This document shows positions 50,078 to 64,000 of a stretch of DNA of 64,000 nt, one piece after another. Below the pieces are notes generated by a model that made no database searches, had not been told where the DNA came from, and was given only the letters and a program-made list of their open reading frames with translations. Source of the DNA: Escherichia coli (GTDB taxonomy: Bacteria; Pseudomonadota; Gammaproteobacteria; Enterobacterales; Enterobacteriaceae); NCBI RefSeq assembly GCF_001677475.2, contig NZ_CP015229.1; one strand, written 5' to 3'. Positions within the stretch are counted from its first letter, which is position 1. The number at the start of each line of letters is the position of its first letter. The translations under genes were made by a program, and so were the position numbers.

Positions 50078-50653
50078 ATGATCCGTATTTCCGATGCTGC
50101 ACAAGCGCACTTTGCCAAACTGCTGGCAAATCAGGAAGAAGGGACACAAATCCGCGTATTTGTGATTAACCCTGGCACGCCTAACGCTGAATGTGGCGTT
50201 TCTTATTGTCCGCCGGACGCTGTAGAAGCCACCGACACTGCCCTGAAATTTGACCTGCTGACCGCGTATGTTGATGAGTTAAGCGCTCCTTACCTGGAAG
50301 ATGCAGAGATCGACTTTGTTACAGACCAGTTGGGTTCCCAGTTAACGCTGAAAGCGCCTAACGCCAAAATGCGTAAAGTTGCAGACGATGCACCGCTGAT
50401 GGAGCGCGTGGAGTATATGCTGCAATCGCAGATCAACCCACAGCTTGCTGGTCACGGTGGTCGCGTGTCGCTGATGGAAATCACCGAAGACGGTTACGCC
50501 ATTCTGCAATTTGGCGGCGGCTGTAACGGTTGTTCCATGGTCGATGTGACGCTGAAAGAAGGGATCGAGAAGCAGCTGCTGAACGAATTCCCGGAGCTGA
50601 AAGGTGTGCGCGATCTCACCGAACACCAGCGCGGCGAACACTCCTACTACTAA
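50078..50653 (+). CDS. nfuA: Fe/S biogenesis protein NfuA
   Basis: 191-aa ORF; C-terminal CxxC (GGGCNGCSM). Confidence 0.9.
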
Positions 50654-50711
<58 letters not shown>

Positions 50712-50836
50712 GTTGAACATGTGCCAGACGTTGGCGCAGCATTGCTTGGCAAATCCCTCCCTTCGTTTCCCCGCGATAATATGACCAACCTCTCATAATT
50801 TAAATTTACCCCGCTCTGGTGATTCTCAAACGCCAG

Positions 50837-50852
50837 ATGTTACCCGTATCAT
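50837..50852 (+). promoter_or_regulatory. Candidate GntR operator 1 in gntT promoter
   Basis: atgttacccgtatcat; GTTACCCG core typical of GntR operators. Confidence 0.5.
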
Positions 50853-50977
50853 TCACATGGGTACCAAACATACTCCTGACATCTGACTACAATAATTAGT
50901 TTTAGTGGGTATCAGTCGTGGTGCCGCAATATCTCTGTTCCCGATTGGGATAATTAGAGTTTGTCGTCAGAAAATTG

Positions 50978-50995
50978 ACGTTACCCATAACAAAT
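50978..50995 (+). promoter_or_regulatory. Candidate GntR operator 2 in gntT promoter
   Basis: acgttacccataacaaat, second copy of the GTTACCC core, about 20 bp upstream of gntT ATG. Confidence 0.45.
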
Positions 50996-51012
50996 GAAAG
51001 GCCAGGTAAATC

Positions 51013-52329
51013 ATGCCATTAGTCATTGTTGCTATCGGTGTAATCTTGTTGTTGCTCCTGATGATCCGTTTCAAAATGAACGGCTTCATCGCTCTCGTCC
51101 TCGTGGCGCTTGCTGTTGGATTAATGCAAGGAATGCCGCTGGATAAAGTTATTGGCTCCATCAAAGCCGGTGTCGGCGGGACGCTCGGTAGCCTTGCCCT
51201 GATCATGGGTTTTGGCGCGATGCTGGGCAAAATGCTGGCAGACTGCGGTGGCGCACAACGTATCGCCACCACGCTGATTGCCAAATTTGGTAAAAAACAC
51301 ATCCAGTGGGCGGTGGTACTGACCGGTTTTACCGTTGGTTTTGCCCTGTTCTATGAAGTGGGTTTCGTGCTGATGCTGCCGCTGGTGTTTACCATCGCGG
51401 CTTCCGCGAATATTCCACTGCTGTATGTTGGTGTACCAATGGCGGCTGCACTGTCTGTGACCCACGGCTTCCTGCCACCGCATCCGGGTCCGACTGCGAT
51501 TGCCACCATTTTCAATGCCGATATGGGTAAAACTCTGCTGTACGGTACTATTCTGGCAATCCCGACCGTGATTCTCGCCGGTCCGGTTTACGCTCGCGTG
51601 TTGAAAGGTATCGATAAGCCGATCCCGGAAGGTCTGTACAGCGCGAAAACCTTCAGCGAAGAAGAGATGCCGAGCTTTGGCGTCAGCGTCTGGACCTCTC
51701 TGGTGCCGGTAGTGCTGATGGCGATGCGTGCGATTGCCGAAATGATCCTGCCGAAAGGTCACGCTTTCCTGCCGGTGGCAGAGTTCCTCGGTGACCCGGT
51801 AATGGCTACGCTGATTGCCGTACTGATTGCGATGTTCACCTTTGGTCTGAACCGTGGTCGTTCAATGGACCAGATTAACGACACGCTGGTTTCTTCGATC
51901 AAAATTATTGCGATGATGCTGTTGATTATCGGTGGTGGCGGTGCGTTCAAGCAGGTGCTGGTAGACAGCGGCGTGGACAAATACATTGCTTCCATGATGC
52001 ACGAAACCAACATTTCTCCGCTGCTGATGGCCTGGTCGATTGCTGCCGTACTGCGTATCGCGCTGGGTTCCGCAACCGTTGCGGCAATCACTGCGGGTGG
52101 TATCGCGGCACCGCTGATTGCAACGACGGGTGTTAGCCCGGAGCTGATGGTTATTGCGGTTGGTTCCGGTAGTGTGATTTTCTCTCACGTGAACGATCCG
52201 GGCTTCTGGCTGTTCAAAGAGTACTTTAACCTGACTATCGGCGAGACCATCAAATCCTGGTCGATGCTGGAAACCATTATCTCGGTGTGCGGTCTGGTAG
52301 GCTGTCTGCTGCTGAATATGGTGATTTGA
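51013..52329 (+). CDS. gntT: High-affinity gluconate transporter (GntP family)
   Basis: 438-aa hydrophobic ORF; recognised GntT. Confidence 0.9.
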   Translation: MPLVIVAIGVILLLLLMIRFKMNGFIALVLVALAVGLMQGMPLDKVIGSIKAGVGGTLGSLALIMGFGAMLGKMLADCGGAQRIATTLIAKFGKKHIQWAVVLTGFTVGFALFYEVGFVLMLPLVFTIAASANIPLLYVGVPMAAALSVTHGFLPPHPGPTAIATIFNADMGKTLLYGTILAIPTVILAGPVYARVLKGIDKPIPEGLYSAKTFSEEEMPSFGVSVWTSLVPVVLMAMRAIAEMILPKGHAFLPVAEFLGDPVMATLIAVLIAMFTFGLNRGRSMDQINDTLVSSIKIIAMMLLIIGGGGAFKQVLVDSGVDKYIASMMHETNISPLLMAWSIAAVLRIALGSATVAAITAGGIAAPLIATTGVSPELMVIAVGSGSVIFSHVNDPGFWLFKEYFNLTIGETIKSWSMLETIISVCGLVGCLLLNMVI

Positions 52330-52340
52330 TAACACTGACT

Positions 52341-52361
52341 GCCGGATGCATCGCATCCGGC
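52341..52361. terminator. Palindrome between convergent gntT and malQ (likely bidirectional terminator/REP-like)
   Basis: gccggatgc-atc-gcatccggc perfect 9-bp inverted repeat. Confidence 0.5.
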
Positions 52362-52376
52362 ATCAACCGCACCCTA

Positions 52377-54458
52377 CTACTTCTTCGCTGCCGCTCTGCG
52401 CCGTCTGTCCAAATCCTTCAGCAACTTGTTCACGCCATCATCGGCAAACATCGCCTCAAGCGTTGCGGAGAGCTTGCGCCGCCAGTTTTTATACTGGTAA
52501 CTGGTGCCGGGAATATTTACCGGTTCGGCCATATCCAGCCAGTCTTCCGGCTGTAGTCCTAACAGAGCACTGTTACTGTCGGCAATGTAGCGCTGCAAAC
52601 CACGGTTCAGCGTCGGCGTCATCGACATCAACGATGCCTTATGCCCGGCACGTTTTGGCAGACAACCATATTTATGCAGTGCATCCAGCAGCCCTTGCTT
52701 CGCCAGTTCGCGATCCTGATACAGACCGCGCAGTACCACTTCATCCGGATACAGGCCCAGAGTTTTGCCCAGCGTTAGATCCCCGCTCTCCCAGTAACCG
52801 CGTAGCGTAGGCAGGTCATGTGTCGCCGCAACCGCCATCGACTGCTCCGGATACGCTTTCGGTGCACGGAACGTCTTCTCGTGGTCGTTTTCGAAATAGA
52901 GCACTTTGTAGGAGTACACACCGCTGCTGCGCAGCTTACCGACAATCTCTACCGGTACGGTACCGAGATCTTCACCAATCACCATGCAGCGATGACGTTT
53001 ACTTTCGAGTGCCAGAATCGAGAGCAGATCATCCACCGGATAGTGTACATACGCGCCCTGATCTGCCGTCTCGCCATACGGTATCCACCACAAACGCAGC
53101 ATCGACATCACATGGTCAATTCGTAATGCGCCGCAGTTTTGCATATTGGCACGCAACAGCTCGATAAACGGTTCATAGGCACGCGCGGTGATGATATGCG
53201 GGTCCATTGGCGGCAATCCCCAGTTCTGCCCCAACGGGCCGAGGATATCCGGCGGTGCGCCAACCGACGCTTTCAGGCAATACAACTCCCGGTCGCACCA
53301 GGTTTCTGCTCCACCCTCTGCTACACCAACGGCCAGGTCACGATACAAGCCAATCGGCATTTCATAGCCCTGGCTTATCTCCCAGCAGTCGGCAAACTGG
53401 CTGTAAGCCAGCCACTGCAACCAGAGATAAAAATCGACGTCATCACGATGTTCTTCGCAGAACTGGCGCACTTCTGGTGAATCCACGTTCTGATACATCT
53501 CTGGCCATGCAGGCCAGCCCCAGCGCATTTCGTCCTCTTTCACTTGCTGGGCATGTAGTGCGTCAAACGCCGCCTGCCAGAACAGGCTGTCGCCTTGCTC
53601 TGCAACAAACTGGCGAAACGCGGCCATCTGTTCATCATCACGTTGCGCGAAACCTTTCCACGCCATTCGTAATGCTGTCATTTTTAGGGCGGTAACCGTG
53701 GAGTAATCGACCCAGTCGGCATCCCGCGCCTGTTGCAGCGTCTGTTGCGTGGTCGGCAACTTCCACCAGGCCTGAGCCTCTTCGCTAAGATGGAAATCTT
53801 CGACGGCGTTAACGTCGATATAAATCACATTCAGCCAACGGCGAGAAGACGGGCTGTATGGGCTGGCACTCTCCGGATTTGCCGGATAGAGCGCATGAAT
53901 CGGGTTCAGGCCGATGAACGACCCGCCACGTTTTGCCACATCCACCAGCATCGCTTTGAGATCGCCAAAATCCCCAATACCCCAGTTTTTTTCCGATCGC
54001 AGCGTATAAAGCTGAACGCAGGCACCCCACAGCTTTTGTTTATTCAGCAACGCCTGCGGTTCGTAACAGCGTTTCGGGGCGACAATCACCCGGCAATGCG
54101 CGCGCTGGTCGTCCTGGGTGAGTGTCAGCGTGTGATAACCTTCCGGCAGCTTCGTCGGTAGATTGAACGCTTTGCCCCCCGTTACATGGCCTTTGTACTG
54201 TGTTCCTTCTTCGGTGGTCAGCAGCCAGCTATATTCGCCGCTGCCCTCCACCACCATCGGCATTTTTTTGCCGCTGGTATAAACCATGACATTCGGGACT
54301 GGCGTTACCGCCACTTTCGTGGCGGTACGTTGATGCATCGCGTCAAGCAAACGCCGTTTGGTTTCGGCGCTAATCGACTGCGGTTTACCGTGGGCATTGA
54401 TGTAATTGGGGCTGATCCCCGCCGCCAGCGCGGCATTATCCAGACGTTTGCTTTCCAT
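52377..54458 (-). CDS. malQ: 4-alpha-glucanotransferase (amylomaltase)
   Basis: 693-aa ORF beginning MESKRLDNAALAAGI; 9-bp spacer from malP stop. Confidence 0.95.
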   Translation of the reverse strand: MESKRLDNAALAAGISPNYINAHGKPQSISAETKRRLLDAMHQRTATKVAVTPVPNVMVYTSGKKMPMVVEGSGEYSWLLTTEEGTQYKGHVTGGKAFNLPTKLPEGYHTLTLTQDDQRAHCRVIVAPKRCYEPQALLNKQKLWGACVQLYTLRSEKNWGIGDFGDLKAMLVDVAKRGGSFIGLNPIHALYPANPESASPYSPSSRRWLNVIYIDVNAVEDFHLSEEAQAWWKLPTTQQTLQQARDADWVDYSTVTALKMTALRMAWKGFAQRDDEQMAAFRQFVAEQGDSLFWQAAFDALHAQQVKEDEMRWGWPAWPEMYQNVDSPEVRQFCEEHRDDVDFYLWLQWLAYSQFADCWEISQGYEMPIGLYRDLAVGVAEGGAETWCDRELYCLKASVGAPPDILGPLGQNWGLPPMDPHIITARAYEPFIELLRANMQNCGALRIDHVMSMLRLWWIPYGETADQGAYVHYPVDDLLSILALESKRHRCMVIGEDLGTVPVEIVGKLRSSGVYSYKVLYFENDHEKTFRAPKAYPEQSMAVAATHDLPTLRGYWESGDLTLGKTLGLYPDEVVLRGLYQDRELAKQGLLDALHKYGCLPKRAGHKASLMSMTPTLNRGLQRYIADSNSALLGLQPEDWLDMAEPVNIPGTSYQYKNWRRKLSATLEAMFADDGVNKLLKDLDRRRRAAAKK

Positions 54459-54467
54459 CGAGCTTCC

Positions 54468-56885
<2,418 letters not shown>

Positions 56886-56929
56886 TCAACACAACGTTAT
56901 CGCTAGTTTGCCAGGCTCGATGTTGACCT

Positions 56930-56976
56930 TCCTCATCCTGCGGGGGATTAGGCAGGGAGGAGTTGCGGGGATGAGC
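56930..56976. promoter_or_regulatory. Cluster of MalT-box-like motifs upstream of malP (malPp)
   Basis: GGATGAGG on minus strand (56930-56940) and GGGAGGAG / GGGGATGAG on plus strand (56953-56976), resembling the MalT box GGGGA(T/G)GAGG. Confidence 0.5.
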
Positions 56977-57477
56977 AAGGAAATGTGATCTCGACCACTT
57001 AAAGCTAGTGCAAACCACAGGATTAGCAGCAAATCAATGCCATACAGCGCAGAAAATCTGTATCTAAGTGCAAAAAATGGCCGTTGCGTATTTTCAAAAA
57101 GCGGAAGGTAACTCTATAAATTAAGTAAAGGAGTGAAACAGTTTCACAAGTAAAATATCCAGTGTGCTCCATCTTATTCTTAATAGATTTATTAAGATCA
57201 TCTTTTTAGATAGCACTTTCATCAGGAATGAAGAAGAAACCCTTGCTTAAATGAATCTGATGAACATAAGGGAAATACCGCACAACCCAGTATTCACGCT
57301 GTATTAGCGTCGTTTTAGGTGAGTTGTTAATAAAGATTTGGAATTGTGACACAGTGCAAATTCAGACACATAAAAAAACGTCATCGCTTGCATTAGAAAG
57401 GTTTCTGGCCGACCTTATAACCATTAATTACGAAGCGCAAAAAAAATAATATTTCCTCATTTTCCACAGTGAAGTGA

Positions 57478-60189
<2,712 letters not shown>

Positions 60190-60193
60190 GTTT

Positions 60194-60219
60194 AGCCGGA
60201 TGATGCGTCGGATCCGGCT
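60194..60219. terminator. Palindrome between convergent malT and rtcA
   Basis: agccggat-gatgcgtcg-gatccggct inverted repeat, 5 nt after malT stop. Confidence 0.5.
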
Positions 60220-60231
60220 TACATCTTTACA

Positions 60232-61251
<1,020 letters not shown>

Positions 61252-62478
61252 TTATCCTTTTACGCACACCACCTGACGCAGGGTGTAGATAACTTCCACC
61301 AGATCGCTTTGTGCCGCCATCACCGCATCAATATCTTTATACGCCATCGGGATTTCGTCGATCACTTCGGCATCTTTACGGCATTCCACATGCGCGGTGG
61401 CACGAATTTGATCTTCCACGCTGAACAGTTTTTTCGCTTTAGTACGGCTCATAACCCGCCCGGCACCGTGGCTGCACGAACAGAACGACTCTTCATTTCC
61501 CAGCCCACGGACGATAAAGCTTTTCGCTCCCATCGACCCTGGAATAATTCCATATTGACCAGCACGCGCAGACACCGCGCCTTTACGCGTCACGTAGATC
61601 TCTTCACCAAAGTGCTGTTCTTTTTGCACATAGTTGTGGTGACAGCTGATCTCTTCCATCGCCAGCGTTTGTGGCTGTCTGACCGTTTTCTGCGTAATGC
61701 TCTGCAACGCCGTAACCACGTTTTCCATCATCGCATCACGGTTAAGGCTGGCAAAAAGCTGCGCCCAGGCCACAGCTTTCAGGTAATCATCAAAGTATTC
61801 CGTGCCTTCCATAAAGTACGCCAGATCACGCGACGGCAACGTCTCAAGCGTTTCCTGCATCTCTTTTTGCGCCAGATCGATAAAGTAAGTCCCGATGGCG
61901 TTACCAATTCCGCGTGAACCGGAGTGCAACATAATCCACACCTGGTCCGACTCATCAAGGCAGATTTCAATAAAGTGGTTACCCGTTCCCAGCGTTCCCA
62001 GGTGTTTATAGTTGTTAGTGTTAAGGAAACGCGGATATTTTTGCGTTAACCACTGATAACCGGCTTCAAGCTCAGCCCATTTCGCATCGACGTTAACAGG
62101 CGGGTTTTCCCATGCGCCTTTATCACGTTTACAACGCCCGGTAGTACGCCCGTGCGGCACGGCAGTTTCAATGGCCTGACGCAGTTCCGCCAGGTTTTCC
62201 GGCAGATCTGCCGCCGTTAACGCGGTACGCAGTGCGTTCATTCCACAACCGATATCCACGCCCACCGCTGCAGGAATAATCGCCCCTTTGGTCGGGATCA
62301 CGCTACCAATGGTGGAACCTTTACCCAGGTGCACGTCAGGCATTACCGCAATATGTTTGAAAATAAACGGCATCTTCGCCGTATTAATAAGTTGCTGACG
62401 CGCATCGGCTTCTACCGGCACGCCTTTGGTCCACATTTTTACCGGGGCATTTTCAGTGGTCAGTAATTCGTAATTCAT
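61252..62478 (-). CDS. rtcB: RNA-splicing ligase RtcB
   Basis: 408-aa ORF; recognised RtcB; stop abuts rtcA start. Confidence 0.9.
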   Translation of the reverse strand: MNYELLTTENAPVKMWTKGVPVEADARQQLINTAKMPFIFKHIAVMPDVHLGKGSTIGSVIPTKGAIIPAAVGVDIGCGMNALRTALTAADLPENLAELRQAIETAVPHGRTTGRCKRDKGAWENPPVNVDAKWAELEAGYQWLTQKYPRFLNTNNYKHLGTLGTGNHFIEICLDESDQVWIMLHSGSRGIGNAIGTYFIDLAQKEMQETLETLPSRDLAYFMEGTEYFDDYLKAVAWAQLFASLNRDAMMENVVTALQSITQKTVRQPQTLAMEEISCHHNYVQKEQHFGEEIYVTRKGAVSARAGQYGIIPGSMGAKSFIVRGLGNEESFCSCSHGAGRVMSRTKAKKLFSVEDQIRATAHVECRKDAEVIDEIPMAYKDIDAVMAAQSDLVEVIYTLRQVVCVKG

Positions 62479-62515
62479 TTTGTTTTTCTCTTTTCATTGT
62501 TTGCTGTCCTGATAA

Positions 62516-62532
62516 TTGCAACCGTCGTGCCA
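62516..62532 (-). promoter_or_regulatory. Sigma-54 (-24/-12) promoter of rtcBA
   Basis: Minus-strand reading TGGCAC-gacgg-TTGCA (rev-comp of ttgcaaccgtcgtgcca), a near-consensus RpoN promoter about 40 bp upstream of rtcB. Confidence 0.75.
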
Positions 62533-62666
62533 GAAAATTAAATAAGCAGATTAATTTTTTTATTCATTGTTTTAAAAAAGATTATATCTTTACGTCCGTA
62601 ACCGGAGATTTCCCGCAAAGCCGATTTACCGATAATGAAATATCGTCTTTTATAAGGATATCTAAG

Positions 62667-64000
62667 ATGCGTAAAACAGTGGCTTTTGGCTTTGTCGGTA
62701 CCGTACTGGATTATGCCGGACGCGGCAGTCAGCGCTGGTCAAAATGGCGTCCGACACTCTGTTTATGCCAGCAAGAATCGTTGGTCATCGATCGACTGGA
62801 ATTATTGCACGACGCCCGCTCGCGCTCGCTATTTGAAACGCTTAAACGCGATATCGCCAGCGTTTCGCCAGAAACAGAAGTGCTGAGCGTTGAGATTGAA
62901 CTGCATAACCCGTGGGATTTCGAAGAGGTTTACGCCTGCCTGCATGATTTCGCCCGTGGTTACGAGTTTCAGCCAGAAAAAGAAGACTATTTAATTCACA
63001 TCACCACCGGCACCCACGTCGCGCAGATTTGCTGGTTTCTGCTGGCGGAAGCGCGTTACCTGCCCGCCCGGTTGATACAATCTTCACCTCCGCGCAAAAA
63101 AGAACAGCCGCGCGGCGCAGGTGAAGTGACGATTATCGATCTCGATTTAAGCCGTTATAACGCCATCGCCAGCCGCTTTGCCGAGGAACGCCAGCAAACG
63201 CTTGATTTTCTTAAGTCCGGCATTGCCACGCGTAACCCCCTCTTCAACCGCATGATTGAGCAGATTGAAAAAGTGGCGATTAAATCCCGCGCACCGATCC
63301 TGCTTAACGGCCCGACCGGCGCGGGTAAGTCGTTTCTGGCACGACGAATTTTCGAATTAAAACAGGCGCGGCATCAGTTTAGCGGCGCGTTTGTGGAAGT
63401 GAACTGCGCCACCTTGCGTGGCGATACCGCCATGTCGACGCTGTTTGGTCATGTAAAAGGCGCGTTTACCGGGGCGCGGGAATCTCGTGAAGGTTTATTA
63501 CGTAGCGCCAACGGCGGAATGTTGTTTCTTGATGAGATTGGCGAACTGGGCGCAGACGAACAGGCAATGCTGCTAAAAGCCATTGAAGAGAAAACCTTTT
63601 ACCCATTTGGCAGCGATCGCCAGGTGAACAGTGATTTTCAGCTTATCGCCGGAACGGTGCGCGATTTGCGCCAGCTGGTTGCCGAAGGCAAATTTCGCGA
63701 AGATCTGTACGCGCGGATCAATCTCTGGACCTTCACCCTGCCGGGTCTACGCCAGCGCCAGGAAGATATTGAACCGAACCTGGATTATGAAGTGGAGCGC
63801 CACGCCACACTCACTGGTGACAGCGTGCGTTTTAACACCGAAGCGCGGCGTGCCTGGTTGGCTTTTGCGACCTCTCCCCAGGCGACATGGCGCGGTAACT
63901 TTCGCGAACTTTCCGCCAGCGTCACGCGGATGGCCACCTTTGCCACTAGCGGACGCATCACTCTGGCCGTGGTTGAAGATGAGATAAACCGTCTGCGCTA
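62667..64000 (+). CDS. rtcR: Sigma-54-dependent activator of rtcBA (N-terminal CARF-like sensor, AAA+ domain), 3' end beyond window
   Basis: ATG at 62667, frame open to window end (I translated it manually); Walker A GPTGAGKS and GAFTGA motif present; not in ORF track because no stop lies in the window. Confidence 0.85.
   Translation, partial: MRKTVAFGFVGTVLDYAGRGSQRWSKWRPTLCLCQQESLVIDRLELLHDARSRSLFETLKRDIASVSPETEVLSVEIELHNPWDFEEVYACLHDFARGYEFQPEKEDYLIHITTGTHVAQICWFLLAEARYLPARLIQSSPPRKKEQPRGAGEVTIIDLDLSRYNAIASRFAEERQQTLDFLKSGIATRNPLFNRMIEQIEKVAIKSRAPILLNGPTGAGKSFLARRIFELKQARHQFSGAFVEVNCATLRGDTAMSTLFGHVKGAFTGARESREGLLRSANGGMLFLDEIGELGADEQAMLLKAIEEKTFYPFGSDRQVNSDFQLIAGTVRDLRQLVAEGKFREDLYARINLWTFTLPGLRQRQEDIEPNLDYEVERHATLTGDSVRFNTEARRAWLAFATSPQATWRGNFRELSASVTRMATFATSGRITLAVVEDEINRLR

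Noticed and set aside
52377-54458. malQ is one codon shorter (693 aa) than the length I recall (694 aa)
   Set aside because: Most likely my own memory or a start-codon convention; the reading frame is continuous with no internal lesion.
57343-57370. CRP-like half-sites (ttgtgacacagtgcaaattcagacaca) upstream of malT
   Set aside because: Only the left half (TGTGA) is a good match; I cannot place the right half convincingly without PWM scoring, so no specific site is annotated.

Overview
This window reads as a contiguous stretch of core Escherichia coli K-12-type chromosome, running from the 3' end of nirB to the 5' part of rtcR. Gene order is nirBDC-cysG, yhfL, frlABCDR, the cryptic yhfS/yhfT/yhfU/php/yhfW/yhfX/yhfY/yhfZ cluster, trpS-gph-rpe-dam-damX-aroB-aroK, hofQPONM, mrcA, nudE, igaA-yrfG-hslR-hslO, yhgE, pckA, envZ-ompR, greB, tex, feoABC, rpnA(yhgA), bioH, gntX-nfuA, gntT, malQ-malP, malT, rtcA-rtcB and rtcR. 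Calls rest on my recognition of the translated ORFs and on protein lengths recalled from memory; no database search was run. Starts were trimmed from the longest-ORF track where the recognised N-terminus lies internal. I see no transposase, integrase, phage genes, CRISPR array or rRNA/tRNA genes, so nothing in the sequence supports a novel mobile or defence island. The points most worth a second look are: (1) an in-frame TAG that splits the putative transporter gene yhfT into 106-aa and 322-aa ORFs; (2) the compact, still uncharacterised php/yhf enzyme-transporter cluster that carries it; (3) a diverged, frame-broken duplicate of the rpnA 3' tail just downstream of rpnA; (4) short direct and inverted repeats in the igaA, yhfZ and yhfX upstream regions. 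Other findings are known regulatory architecture recognisable in the sequence (Fur/FNR at feoA, GntR operators at gntT, MalT boxes, sigma-54 promoter of rtcBA, REP elements, intrinsic terminators).
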